A stretch of DNA of 64,000 nucleotides from Eledone cirrhosa (GCA_964016885.1 OZ024743.1:170128001-170192000), one strand, 5' to 3'; shown: positions 25,878-37,216, numbered from the stretch's first letter. Notes: generated by a model not told the origin, from the sequence alone. Translations and numbers: made by a program.

Positions 25878-26121
25878 TATTACTCCAAGATAAACTTACA
25901 TAGGAATACAAGTGAAATCATAAACTCGTCATCTACGTAAACCTCTTGTTGAGTCAAGCAAGCCGTATGCTAAAACTATCCATAATAAGAAGTATTCACA
26001 ACTTCTAATTGCTCTGATTAATAATTATTTGCTTAATTAATTTTTTCATTCAGCCACACCGTGAAAGGTAGCCACACTCATATATGTATCTGTGATTATG
26101 TCTAAATATATACATTGAATT

Positions 26122-26152
<31 letters not shown>

Positions 26153-26289
26153 GTATATATATATGTATATATATATGTATATATGCAATTCTTTTTTTCT
26201 TATTTGTTGTGCTCATGTATATATGTATATTATTTCTGGCAATAGTATTACAACAATATGACCCTCCCCAAGTATAACTATATATGGAA

Positions 26290-27560
26290 TTGCGAGCATG
26301 GTGTTTACATCCGATATCGAACCTCAGGCGCTTTGCTGCGAAGACAAAAGTATTTACATCAATCATAAGAGACCTCTTGTATGCAGATGATTGCGATCTT
26401 GTAGCGCACACAGAGAGTGATATGCAGCACATTTTGAATGCATTTTCTGACGCTTGCACTGCCCTAGGTCTGACTGTCAGTCTCAAGAAAACCGTCGTCA
26501 TGTACCAACCTGCCCCAGGTAAGCAGTACACTGAACCAAATCTATGTGTATGGAAAACGACTTGGAGTGGTTGATCAGTTTGTCTACCTGGGGAGCACTG
26601 TCAATCGATACAGCAACCTTGACAGTGAAATCTCACTTAGGATTAGGAAAGCAAGTGATACTTTCGGAAAGCTAGAAAGTCGACTCTGGGGTTGGCGAGA
26701 CATATGCAGGAGGACAAAGGTAAAGGTGTACAGGGCATGTGTGCTCTCTTGTCTTCTTTATGCCTGCGAGACCTGGGTCACATATCGACACCACCTTAAG
26801 CAATTGGAGCGTTTCCATCAGATGTGTCTCAGACGGATCCATGGCGTTCACTGGAGGGTCCACATCAGTGATGTCGAGATTTTGGTAAGCTCTATGTGTG
26901 ACAGTATAGAAGCTCTTGTGCTTAAGCAACGACTCCGTTGGAGTGGTCACCTTGCCAGGATGAAGGATTCTAGAATACCAAAACAACTCTTTTATGGAGA
27001 GTTGGTTAAAGGAAAACGACCGCCACATAAACCAAAAAAGAGGTATAAGGATTCCTTGAAAGCCTCTCTGAAAGACGCTAACATCTCTGCTGATACATGG
27101 GAGAATATTGCTGCTGATCGTAATAAATGGAGAAAGACTGTATATGAGGGAAAAGTTGCCTTTGAGGCATCTGGAATCGCATACGAGAAAGTAAAGCGGG
27201 ATGTGAGGAAGGGCATTGCTGTTGCACTTCCAGACGGTGAGGGTCCTCCTATGGTGCTGACATGCAGCGTATGTGCGAGACTCTGCCTAAGCAAAGCTGG
27301 ACTCGAAAGTCATCTTCGCAGTCATAAAGTAAGACCAGTGGTTGACTACCAGGCTGCTGTTGGAGATGCTACTCATCATGCTTGCCAAACATGTGGTAGA
27401 GAATGTAAATCAGCAGGAGGGCTCAAGCGACATGCAAAAGTACACGAACTCCAACCACAGCCGACTATTCCCAGTGAATGTTTTGGTTGCTGACTCTGTG
27501 CAAGACATTTTAGATCATTGGCTGGGCTAAAAAGCCACATTCGATCGCAGTTGCTATCGT
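26290..27560 (+). mobile_element. 5'-truncated RTE (family E, BovB/RTE-1-like) with C-terminal C2H2 zinc fingers
   Basis: DLLYADDC, GLTVSLKKT, FVYLGS, LLYACETW, QRLRWSGHLARM, PKQLFYGEL, CSVC..HLRSH and CQTC..HAKVH. Frameshift near 26545. Confidence 0.92.
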
Positions 27561-27659
27561 GTGTGTGTGTGTGTGTGTAGATATGCTTATGTGTGTGCGT
27601 GTGTGTGTATATATATATGTATATGTATATTATTATTGTTGTTGTCGTTATTATTATTG

Positions 27660-27691
<32 letters not shown>

Positions 27692-27755
27692 GTTATTAAT
27701 GTATGTGTGTGTATATGTGTGTGAGTGTGTGTGTGTGTGTGTATATGTGTATGTG

Positions 27756-27786
<31 letters not shown>

Positions 27787-28617
27787 CTTTTTTTTTCTTT
27801 TTTTTCTTTTTATTTATTTATTATTATTATTATTATTATTTTTTTTTTTTTTCATCTCGTGCAATGGCCATACTCGATAACGAGGGGGCAGCCATCATAT
27901 ATATATATCTATATATATATATATATATATATATAAGCGAAATGAAAGAGAAGCAAGCCATTAAAACACATTTATAAAAAGCTCCCAATGGGGCTCTCCT
28001 GGGGCAATTATAAAGGCAAAGTATTTAATAAAGTACCCTATACAGGTAGAAACATATTTTAACATCAGAATGCATTATTCCGTATAGAAAAATGGAGGAA
28101 AAGGCATTGTGCTCTAAGGGAGGTAACTACCGGTGCAAAGTAGAGTTATCTGTCAAACTAATGATGGCTATGAAAAAATTTTATTACAAGGAGTTAATTT
28201 AATTATGGTTTGTCAACTCAATTCAATGAGGCAGTGTAAGGTATGTGTATGAATTATGAGTAAGGTACTTAAAGACTATACACTAGTTTAGTTAGTATAA
28301 AGTTGTAAGTTCAGTATAGGCTTAAAAGCCCAGAAAGGTAAAGACACTTTAGATGAAATCTGTATAATTATATGATCAGTGGTCTAAAGAAATGATTGGG
28401 TATAAGCGCAGTTCTGTAAATTTACCCAAAGATTAGTCTAGCAGTGTGAAAGAATATAGCAGGGTAAGCCCAACTGAATATATGTAGTGCAACTCCCTGG
28501 AGGGAGAACAGAGGGTGGATGATGGTGTTGCTCCAAGTTGTTTAATAGTACGTCCACCGTAGTATGTCGAGCCAGGGTGTGTGTATATATATATATATGT
28601 GTGTATATATATATATA

Positions 28618-28815
28618 TTCATCATCATCGTTCAGTGTCCATCTTCCATGCTAGCGTGGGTTAGACGGGAATTGTCCCACCTGTGGCAAAATTTGTCGGG
28701 TGACCGTGTCTCGCTCATATAGGACTATCTGGCAGGTTTTCTACGTCTGGATGTCCTTCCTAACACCTACCACATTTGCAGTCTGGACTGGGAGCTTTTT
28801 ATCCTGTTGCCTACA
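28618..28815 (-). mobile_element. RTE family A 3'UTR fragment
   Basis: Reverse complement similar to 9840-10045, with (GAT)n tail. Confidence 0.75.
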
Positions 28816-28819
28816 AGTG

Positions 28820-28850
<31 letters not shown>

Positions 28851-28868
28851 ATATATATATATATGTAT

Positions 28869-29207
28869 GGAGGCACATGGCTTAGTGGTTAGAGCATTGG
28901 CCTTGCAATCGAAAGGTTGTGAGTTCAATTCTCAGACCGGGTGATGTGTTGTTTCCTTGAGCAAGACACTTTATTTCACATTGCTCCAGTTTACTCAGCT
29001 GTAGAAATGAGATGATAGGGATCCCAGTCCCTATCATTCCACTGTAAAGTGGTCGCGGAGGTGCCACAGCAAAAAAGCACCCAGCACTCACTGTAAATGA
29101 GGTTGGCGTTAGGAAGGGCATCCAGCTGTAGAAATCAAGCCAGAATCAGTTCCCGTCCCACCCTTGCAAGCAGGGAAAAGCGGACATAAATTGAAATGAA
29201 AATGATG
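28869..29207 (+). mobile_element. tRNA-derived SINE (family S2) with RTE-derived 3' end
   Basis: A box TGGCTTAGTGG, B box GAGTTCAATTC and central CCTTGAGCAAGACACTTTA. The 3' part is shared with RTE 3' ends. Other copies lie at 48451 and 57058. Confidence 0.88.
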
Positions 29208-29229
29208 TATGTATATATATATATATATG

Positions 29230-29312
<83 letters not shown>

Positions 29313-29321
29313 ATATATATG

Positions 29322-29368
<47 letters not shown>

Positions 29369-29377
29369 ATATATATG

Positions 29378-29411
<34 letters not shown>

Positions 29412-29423
29412 TGTATATATATG

Positions 29424-29456
<33 letters not shown>

Positions 29457-29582
29457 GTAGAGGTTATATTTAAATTGTTGGGATACAACAAGCAAAATAT
29501 TTTTATATCCAGGAGACTCCAACCGTGATGGTTGCATTTGTCAGGGTATGTCAATATTTATTTAGAAAACTAATCTATATTA

Positions 29583-29648
29583 TATTTTATCTGATGAAAG
29601 CGCACCATAATCTGCCTTGGTGGCCTTTGAAATATGTATAATGAAATA
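29583..29648 (+). ncRNA. Minimal type I hammerhead ribozyme (P1) just upstream of the intact RTE ORF
   Basis: TATTTTAT CTGATGA AAGCGCACCA..TGGTGGCCTTT GAAA TATGTATA ATGAAATA. Predicted cleavage after 29640. Confidence 0.78.
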
Positions 29649-29710
29649 AATGTGGTTTTATAAAAATAGTTTCCATTGGTTAATATATTGTATATATATA
29701 TATATATATA

Positions 29711-32700
29711 TGCACTCCTCTTTGTTTCGTCCGCGGATGGCTAACATAACCCTATCTCCTCCCGCCCCCCACCACCCCCACCCTCCAAACGCAACCCAAA
29801 ACTTCAGAGTTGGTACCATAAATGTAGGCACCCTAAAGGGTCGCGCTAACGAGGTTGTAGAAATGCTTGAACGTAAGGAGGTCGATGTTTGTTGTATTCA
29901 AGAGACCAGGTGGAGGGGTGGGTCTGCTAGATTCATTGAGGGTAAAAAACGATGTTATAAGCTTTTCTGGGTGGCAAACGACGATGGGCTGGGTGGAGTA
30001 GGAATCATGGTAGCAGAAAAGTGGGCAGATAAGATAATAGACGTAAATAGAGTGAACGACAGAATAATTAAAATAAGACTTGTCCTCAATAGAACTACGG
30101 TGACAGTAATATCTGCGTACGCACCCCAATCCGGACTGCCCGGCACTATAAAAGACAGATTCTATGAGACACTGTTGCTAACTACCTCCCAAATATCTGA
30201 CAGTGACTATATAATTATTGCAGGCGACCTAAATGGTCACGTTGGACAACATTGTGACGGCTACGACGAAATCCATGGAGGCTATGGGTTTGGTACTAGA
30301 AATGAGGAAGGCTCCAGAATCCTGGAATACTGTGATGCAAATAACCTAACTATCTGTAACACTAACTTCAAAAAACGTGACAATCACCTGATTACCTATA
30401 GATCCGGGGAACACACAAGCCAGGTAGATTATATCCTTACCAGAAGACGTGACAGAGTGTCTGTTGTAAACACTAAATCCCTCCCCCATGAAGAATGCAC
30501 CTCCCAACATAGACTGATAATTAGCGACCTCATAGTCAGGACGAGACGTACCCGACAGCAGAAGAGGACTATCCTCAGGAGGAAAATATGGAAACTAAAG
30601 GACCCCACAGCCAGAAATAAATTTCAAAGCATATTACTTGATGCTTTCGACAGTAAGGAAGAGCATCTAGAATCGGACAATATAGAGGGACAGTGGAAAT
30701 TTCTGAAAGCAAACCTGCTGTTGGCGACAGACGAGGTCTGTGGCTGGAGCAGGCCTGTAGGCAGGAGGAGAGTAACATGGTGGTGGAACAATAGGGTGGA
30801 GGGGTCAATTAAGGCCAAAAAGCAGGCTTGGAAAGTATGGCGGGATGGGGGAAGTAGAGTAGACTATCAAGTGGCCAGGAGGGAAGCTAGGAGAGAAGTG
30901 TACTTAGCAAGAAGGGAAGCGGAGGAAAGAAAGTTCAAGCATGTTCTACAACGCGATGACCAAAAACGTGAGGTGTTCAGGATTGCCAGGCAATGCGTCA
31001 AGGAAAACCGTGATATTGTCGGGGAGAAGTGTGTACTTAACGATGATGGCATACTTGCCATCACCGACACTGATAAGAAGGTAGCTTGGAAGTGTCACTA
31101 TGAAAGGCTACTAAATGAGGAGAATAAATGGGAGAAAGACAGTCTCCCCCATATCGACCCGATAGAGGGACCAGCAGTGTTAGTCGAGGGGAGTATAATA
31201 AGTAAGGCAATCAAGGATATGAAGACTGGTAAGGCGGCTGGGCCTTCGGAAATAGTTGCTGAGATGCTGAAGGCATCTGGCACGGTGGGACACACCATGG
31301 TCACCCGCATAGTTAACCAAGTCGTACAGAATGGGGTTGTTCCGAAGGACTGGCATAGCAGCATCATCGTTAACTGTTATAAGGGTAAAGGAGACGCCCT
31401 AGATAGGAGTAACTATAGAGGCATTAAATTAATCGACCAGGTCATGAAGGTCACGGAAAAAGTAATAGCGCAACTAATCAGAGAGAGAATTGATCTAGAT
31501 GAAATGCAGTTCGGGTTTGTGTCAGGCAAAAGCACCACAGACGCTCTTTTCATAGTACGACAACTACAGGAGAAGTACCTAGCTAAAGGTAAACCCCTCT
31601 ACTTAGCTTTTGTCGACCTGGAGAAAGCCTTCGACAGAGTCCCCCGCTCCATTATCTGGTGGGCTCTTAGAAAACTAGGCGTTGACGAATGGCTTGTGAG
31701 GGCTATACAAGCCATGTATAAAGAAACAGTCAGCAAGGTTAGAATTAACAACGAATATAGTGAAGAGTTTAGCGTAAAAGTTGGCGTCCATCAGGGCTCT
31801 GTTCTCAGCCCCCTACTATTTATTATTGCCCTTCAGGCTATAACAGAGGAGTTCAAGACAGGCTGCCCATGGGAACTCCTATACGCAGACGACCTGACAC
31901 TCATAGCGGAATCAATGGCCGAGCTAGAGAAGAAATTCCAAACATGGAAGCACGGCCTAGAGTCAAAAGGACTTAAAATTAACCTGGCTAAGACCAAAGT
32001 TCTAGTTTGTAGGAAAGAAAACAAGGCGGCGGTCCCTTCTGGGAAATGGTCGTGCTCGGTATGTAGGAAAGGCGTAGGTAGAAACTCCATCTTATGTCCT
32101 AAATGCAAAGTATGGGTGCATAAAAGATGTAGTGGGATCACAGGTAAGCTAACTAAGAACATAGACTTTACATGTGGCCGATGTTCTGGTGCAATAAGTA
32201 GCAGCAAGTGCCCACAAAATACTAGCTCTTTCAATTGCGCAGAGGGTTCTATAGAAATAGTGGACAGCTTCCGTTACCTGGGCGATAAAATCAGCAGTGG
32301 GGGAGGGTGCTCTGAAAGTACTGTAGCTAGAGTCAGAACTGGTTGGAAAAAGTTCAGAGAGCTTATACCAATATTAGCTGCGAAAGGGTTCTCCCTAAAA
32401 ATGAAAGGCAGGTTGTACGATGCCTGCATACGAACAGCAATGTTGCATGGTAGTGAGACCTGGGCATTGTGTGCAGAGGATATACGCAGACTAGAGAGGA
32501 ACGAAGCTTGCATGCTCCGCTGGATGTGTAACAGTAATATACGTAAACGGCAAAGCATAAACGAACTAAGGAAAAAATTAGAGATAAGAGGGATCAGATG
32601 TTGTTTACTCGAGAGAAGGCTGCGTTGGTATGGACACGTGATGCGCATGAAAGTCGATAGCTGTATTACAAAGTGCAGGGCAATAAAGATAGACGGTAGC

Positions 32701-33207
32701 CACGGAATAGGCAGACCTAGAAAAACATGGGATGAGCTGATAAACTCCGACCTCATACACTTACACCTCTCCAAGACAATGTCACTGGACCGTGACCTTT
32801 GGCGGTACTCAGTAACAGAGAAGACCCGCCTTGCCAGTAGGCATCTCTAACAAACTACACCCCGTCCCGCCACCACCCCCACCCCATCCACACCACCCCG
32901 TTCCATGTAAAGTTATGTTGGTGCCGCGCCATCCAGGCCGAAACAAACGAGATCGTGTAGGTGTCACGACAAAAAAACACACAGTCCACGCTGTAATGTG
33001 GCCGTGTAGGCAACACGGTAAAAACCTCCCAGACCCACACTGTAAATGTGGTTGGTGTTAGGAAGGGCATCCAACTGTAGAAAACCTGCCAGACAGTCCT
33101 ATGCGAGCGAGACAATCACTCTTGCCTCAAGTGGGACTACCCCCGTCCAAATCCATGCAAGCGTGGAACACGGACGTTAAACGTTGATGATGATGATGAT
33201 GATGATG
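29711..33207 (+). mobile_element. RTE LINE (family A) with uninterrupted ORF, 3'UTR and (GAT)n tail
   Basis: See CDS. The 5' end abuts (TA)n and the 5'UTR is probably truncated. Confidence 0.96.
29737..32850 (+). CDS. RTE ORF: AP endonuclease, reverse transcriptase and PHD-like zinc finger (~1037 aa from MANITLSPP)
   Basis: Open frame 29650-32850. EN motifs GTINVG, IQETRW, GDLNGH and SQH. RT motifs [28 protein letters not shown] and FRYLG. The upstream 29 codons derive from pLTR and (TA)n sequence. Confidence 0.93.
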   Translation: MANITLSPPAPHHPHPPNATQNFRVGTINVGTLKGRANEVVEMLERKEVDVCCIQETRWRGGSARFIEGKKRCYKLFWVANDDGLGGVGIMVAEKWADKIIDVNRVNDRIIKIRLVLNRTTVTVISAYAPQSGLPGTIKDRFYETLLLTTSQISDSDYIIIAGDLNGHVGQHCDGYDEIHGGYGFGTRNEEGSRILEYCDANNLTICNTNFKKRDNHLITYRSGEHTSQVDYILTRRRDRVSVVNTKSLPHEECTSQHRLIISDLIVRTRRTRQQKRTILRRKIWKLKDPTARNKFQSILLDAFDSKEEHLESDNIEGQWKFLKANLLLATDEVCGWSRPVGRRRVTWWWNNRVEGSIKAKKQAWKVWRDGGSRVDYQVARREARREVYLARREAEERKFKHVLQRDDQKREVFRIARQCVKENRDIVGEKCVLNDDGILAITDTDKKVAWKCHYERLLNEENKWEKDSLPHIDPIEGPAVLVEGSIISKAIKDMKTGKAAGPSEIVAEMLKASGTVGHTMVTRIVNQVVQNGVVPKDWHSSIIVNCYKGKGDALDRSNYRGIKLIDQVMKVTEKVIAQLIRERIDLDEMQFGFVSGKSTTDALFIVRQLQEKYLAKGKPLYLAFVDLEKAFDRVPRSIIWWALRKLGVDEWLVRAIQAMYKETVSKVRINNEYSEEFSVKVGVHQGSVLSPLLFIIALQAITEEFKTGCPWELLYADDLTLIAESMAELEKKFQTWKHGLESKGLKINLAKTKVLVCRKENKAAVPSGKWSCSVCRKGVGRNSILCPKCKVWVHKRCSGITGKLTKNIDFTCGRCSGAISSSKCPQNTSSFNCAEGSIEIVDSFRYLGDKISSGGGCSESTVARVRTGWKKFRELIPILAAKGFSLKMKGRLYDACIRTAMLHGSETWALCAEDIRRLERNEACMLRWMCNSNIRKRQSINELRKKLEIRGIRCCLLERRLRWYGHVMRMKVDSCITKCRAIKIDGSHGIGRPRKTWDELINSDLIHLHLSKTMSLDRDLWRYSVTEKTRLASRHL

Positions 33208-33334
33208 CAAAGTTTTATTTAAATTGTTGGGTTACAACGAGTAAATATTTATAACTGATATAAAGCACTCAACAAGTATTTGGAGTATATTTACGATATT
33301 AAATAAATGGAAACTATATTTATAAAACCATATT

Positions 33335-33400
33335 TATTTCATTATATATATTTCAGGGATATCATATTAAAAATATGGTATGCCTTCATCAGACAAAATA
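33335..33400 (-). ncRNA. Minimal type I hammerhead ribozyme (P1)
   Basis: Reverse complement of 33538-33603. Confidence 0.78.
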
Positions 33401-33537
33401 CAATATAAACAGTCTTATAAATAGATAGATTTGACATACCTTACAACTTCAACTTCCATTTAAAAATCAACTTTTTAAATGGAAGTTGAAGTTGTAAGGT
33501 ATGTCAAATCTATCTATTTATAAGACTGTTTATATTG

Positions 33538-33603
33538 TATTTTGTCTGATGAAGGCATACCATATTTTTAATATGATATCCCTGAAATATATATAATGAA
33601 ATA
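33538..33603 (+). ncRNA. Minimal type I hammerhead ribozyme (P1)
   Basis: TATTTTGT CTGATGA AGGCATACCATATT..AATATGATATCCCT GAAA TATATATA ATGAAATA. Predicted cleavage after 33595. Confidence 0.78.
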
Positions 33604-33643
33604 AATATGGTTTTATAAATATAGTTTCCATTTATTTAATATC

Positions 33644-33683
<40 letters not shown>

Positions 33684-33686
<3 letters not shown>

Positions 33687-34815
33687 AGTATTTTGTTAGA
33701 GATGCCTACTGACTGTAGTAGGTTTTACTTTGTATTTAGGTAAGGCGGATCTTCTCTATTACTGAGTACCGCCAAAGGTCTCGGTCCAGTGACATTGTCT
33801 TGGAGAGGTGTAAGTGTGTGAGGTCGGAATTTATCAGCTCGTCCCAGGTTTTTCTGGGTTTGCCTACTCCGTGGCGACCGTCTATCTTTATTGCCCTGCA
33901 CTTTGTTATACAGCTGTCGTCTTTCATGCGCATCACGTGACCATACCAACGTAGCCTTCTCTCGAGTAAACAACATCTGATCCCTCTTATTTCTAATTTT
34001 TTCCTTAGTTCGTTTATGCTTTGCCTTTCACGTATATTACTATTACACATCCAGCGGAGCATGCAAGCTTCGTTCCTCTCTAGTCTGCGTATATCCTCTG
34101 CACACAATGCCCAGGTCTCACTGCCATGCAACATTGCTGTTCGTATGCAGGCATCATAAAACCTGCTTTTCATTTTTAGGGAGAACCCTTTAGCAGCTAA
34201 TAGTGGTATAAGCTCTCTGAACTTTTTCTATCCAGTTCTGACTCTAGCTACTGTACTTTCAGAGCACCCTCCCCCACTGCTGATTTTGTCACCCAGGGCA
34301 CGGAAGCTGTCCACTATTTCTATAGAACCCTCTGCGCAATTGAAAGAGCTAGTATTTTGTGGGCGCTTGCTGCTACTTATTGCCCCAGAGCACCGGCCAC
34401 ATGTAAAATCTATGTTCTTAGTTAGTTTAGCTGTGATCCCACTACATCTTTTATGCATTTGGGACATAAAATGGAGTTTCTACCTACGCCTCTCCTACAC
34501 ACTGAGCATAGCCACTTCCCGGAAGGGACCACCACCTTATTTTCTTTCTTACAAACTTGAACTCTAGTCTTAGCCAGGTTAATTTTAAGGCCTTTTGATT
34601 CTAGGCCATGCTTCCATGTTTCGAATTTCTTCTCTAGCTCGGCCATTGATTCAGATACGAGCGTTAGATCATCTGCGTATAGGAGTTCCCATGGGCAGCC
34701 GGTCTTAAACTCTTCTGTTATAGCCTGAAGGGCAATAATAAATAGGAGGGGGCTAAGAACGGAGCCCTGATGGACACCAACTTTTACGCTAAACTCTTCA
34801 CTATATTCGTTGTTA
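33684..34815 (-). pseudogene. RTE family A internal fragment, truncated at both ends by (TA)n
   Basis: ORFs 34422-35048, 34228-34467 and 33736-34173. It carries a deletion in the PHD-like finger and a stop codon. Confidence 0.9.
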
Positions 34816-34826
34816 AATATATATAC

Positions 34827-34893
<67 letters not shown>

Positions 34894-35073
34894 ATATAAA
34901 TATATATATATATATATATGTAATATACATATATATATATATATGTAATATACATATATATATATATATATATATGTAATATACATATATATATATATAT
35001 ATATATGTAATATACATATATATATATATATATATATGTAATACACATATATATATATATATATATATCTATG

Positions 35074-35110
<37 letters not shown>

Positions 35111-35254
35111 ATATATATATATATATATATGTAGGAGGTGAGTTTTATTGTAGTACAATAAAGCAATGCAGATATCGGATAAGAAGCACTCTACAGTTTG
35201 TGGGACTGGAGTATGCATAATATAAGATCAAAAGATGGTTAAAGGAGTTCCATA

Positions 35255-35325
35255 TATTTTATTATGCGCATTTCAAAAACAAACATCATCAAACAATAAT
35301 ATTTGTGTTTTCATCAGATAAAACA
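35255..35325 (-). ncRNA. Minimal type I hammerhead ribozyme (family P6)
   Basis: Reverse complement reads TGTTTTAT CTGATGA AAACACAAATAT..ATGTTTGTTTTT GAAA TGCGCA TA ATAAAATA, with a palindromic TGCGCA stem III. Confidence 0.82.
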
Positions 35326-35419
35326 GGAGAACATGATATGAAGGCTAAAAAACACTTGTTGATAGTGCAGTTTTAAATCAACATATGAAAAGTGGTTTTA
35401 GATTGATGTGTGATATTGG

Positions 35420-35845
35420 GAAAAATATTTTATTTAGAAAGGGGGGGGGGGAGAAAAGGATGAAAAGGGAAGGAGATGAGAGGGAGAGATGGGTGATAGA
35501 GAGAAAGAGATAGTTTTTATAACTGAGAGGAGATATATTTTATATAGAGGGGTTGAAAACCGTTGGAAGATACTGTATAAATTAAAAATTTTGAAAATTA
35601 ACGAAGGGAGGATATGTGCGAGGAAAAAAATATTTTATTTAGGGAGGGGGGGGGGTGGAAAGGATGAAAAAAAGGGGAGGAGATGAGAGTGAAGGTGGAA
35701 AGGGAGAGATGGGTGATAGAGAGAAAGAGATAGTTTTTATAACTGAGAAAAAGATATAATGTTTTAATATAGAGAGGTTGGGAACCGTTGGAAGATAATG
35801 TATAAATTAAAGGAATTTGAAAATTAACGAAGGGAAGTTATGTAT
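35420..35845. repeat. Imperfect tandem duplication (~205-220 bp x2), purine-rich
   Basis: AAAAATATTTTATTTAG..GGGTGATAGAGAGAAAGAGATAGTTTTTATAACTGAGA..GAAAATTAACGAAGGGA occurs twice. Confidence 0.8.
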
Positions 35846-35891
35846 GAAGATAGAGATAAAAATAATAATTGTGGGTGAATATTCTAACGTC

Positions 35892-36250
35892 AAGTGTAAA
35901 TGTGCGTGAACGACCCAGCATAAATGTGTTGAGAGAGAAACTGTGTCTGATAGGGATAGAATGTAGTGTACGGGAGAGGAGACTGAGGTGGTATGGACAT
36001 GTGATGCGCATGGAGGATGACCGATGGGTGAAGAAGTGCCAGGAAATGCCAGTTGAAGGAAGACGTGGTAGAGGTAGACCACGAAAAACATGGGCGGAGG
36101 TGGTGAGAACAGACCTCAGATCATTGAAGCTCACGGTGGAGATGACGAGGGACCGTGACGAGTGGAGAGATGCTGTGCTGAATAAGACCCGTCCCACCCT
36201 TGCAAGCAGGGAAAAGCGGACGTAAAATGATGATGATGATGATGATGATG

Positions 36251-36251
<1 letters not shown>
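35892..36251 (+). mobile_element. 5'-truncated RTE family B
   Basis: Nearly identical to the reverse complement of 6301-6650, with (ATG)n tail. Confidence 0.92.
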
Positions 36252-36291
<40 letters not shown>

Positions 36292-36301
36292 TATATGTAA
36301 T

Positions 36302-36346
<45 letters not shown>

Positions 36347-36371
36347 TATATGTAATATATATATAATATAT

Positions 36372-36419
<48 letters not shown>

Positions 36420-36421
<2 letters not shown>

Positions 36422-36684
36422 AGAATAAAAGACGGTTAAAAGAGTTCCATGTATTTTATTATGCGCATTTCAAAAACAAATATCATCATGCAATAATATT
36501 TGTGTTTTCATCATTATTATTGCATGAAGATATTTGTTTTTGAAATGCGCATAATAAAATACATGGAACTCTTTTAACCATCTTTTGTTCATATATATTA
36601 TGTATACTCCAGTCCTACAAACTGTAGAGTGCTTCTTATCCGATATCTGCATTGCTTTATTGTACTACAATAAAACTCACCTCC

Positions 36685-36687
<3 letters not shown>
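36420..36687. repeat. P6 fold-back whose junction truncates the hammerhead core
   Basis: Arms at ~36427-36500 and 36514-36586. The left arm ends at TTTTCATCA (reverse complement TGATGA). Confidence 0.75.
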
Positions 36688-36752
<65 letters not shown>

Positions 36753-36827
36753 ATATACATATATATATATATATATATACATATATGTAATATACATATC
36801 TATATATATATATGTAATATATATGTA

Positions 36828-36858
<31 letters not shown>

Positions 36859-36895
36859 TGTAATATACATATATATATATATATATATATATGTA

Positions 36896-36926
<31 letters not shown>

Positions 36927-36939
36927 TGTAATATACATA

Positions 36940-37216
36940 TAAAAGGTTCGATCGACTTTCGTCAAATCAGACCGAGGAAACAATGTTTTCGTCGGTGTTT
37001 CCAGTTGCTAATACTATCTATCGGTCGCAACTCCAGGTAGAAGGAGCAACGTGAAATAAAGTGTCTTGCTCAAGGACATAACGCATCGCCCGGTCCAGGA
37101 ATCGAACTCACAATCACAATATATGTATATTAGTGAAGGCGTGTGGCTGAGTGGTTAGACAATTGGATTCACAATCTTGTGATTGTGAGTTCGATTCCTG
37201 GACCGGGCGATGCGTT
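36940..37216. mobile_element. tRNA-derived SINE (S2-related): body on the minus strand, inverted head on the plus strand
   Basis: TGGCTGAGTGG..GAGTTCGATTCC at 37144-37199 and AAAGTGTCTTGCTCAAGGAC at ~37058-37077. Mirrored at 38930-39206. Confidence 0.78.

Larger units (their letters stand above)
33208..33645. mobile_element. P1 fold-back pLTR-like unit joined directly to the RTE tail
   Basis: Hairpin ~33292-33645 centred on ~33470, with tail 33208-33291. Confidence 0.85.

Noticed and set aside
28260-28580. Possible GIY-YIG remnant on the minus strand
   Set aside because: Only a weak YYGGRT-like stretch, with no further motifs recognisable.
28869-28945. tRNA gene-like A/B boxes (also at 18807, 37135, 48451 and 57058)
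   Set aside because: No complete cloverleaf, and each continues into a shared SINE body.
29650-29736. N-terminal extension of the 1066-aa ORF
   Set aside because: It derives from pLTR and (TA)n sequence. The plausible start is the ATG at 29737.
30575-32774. Antisense ORFs over RTE copies (e.g. 31833-32234, 32274-32774, 6345-6863)
   Set aside because: Shadow frames of the RT coding strand. They recur only because the element is repeated.
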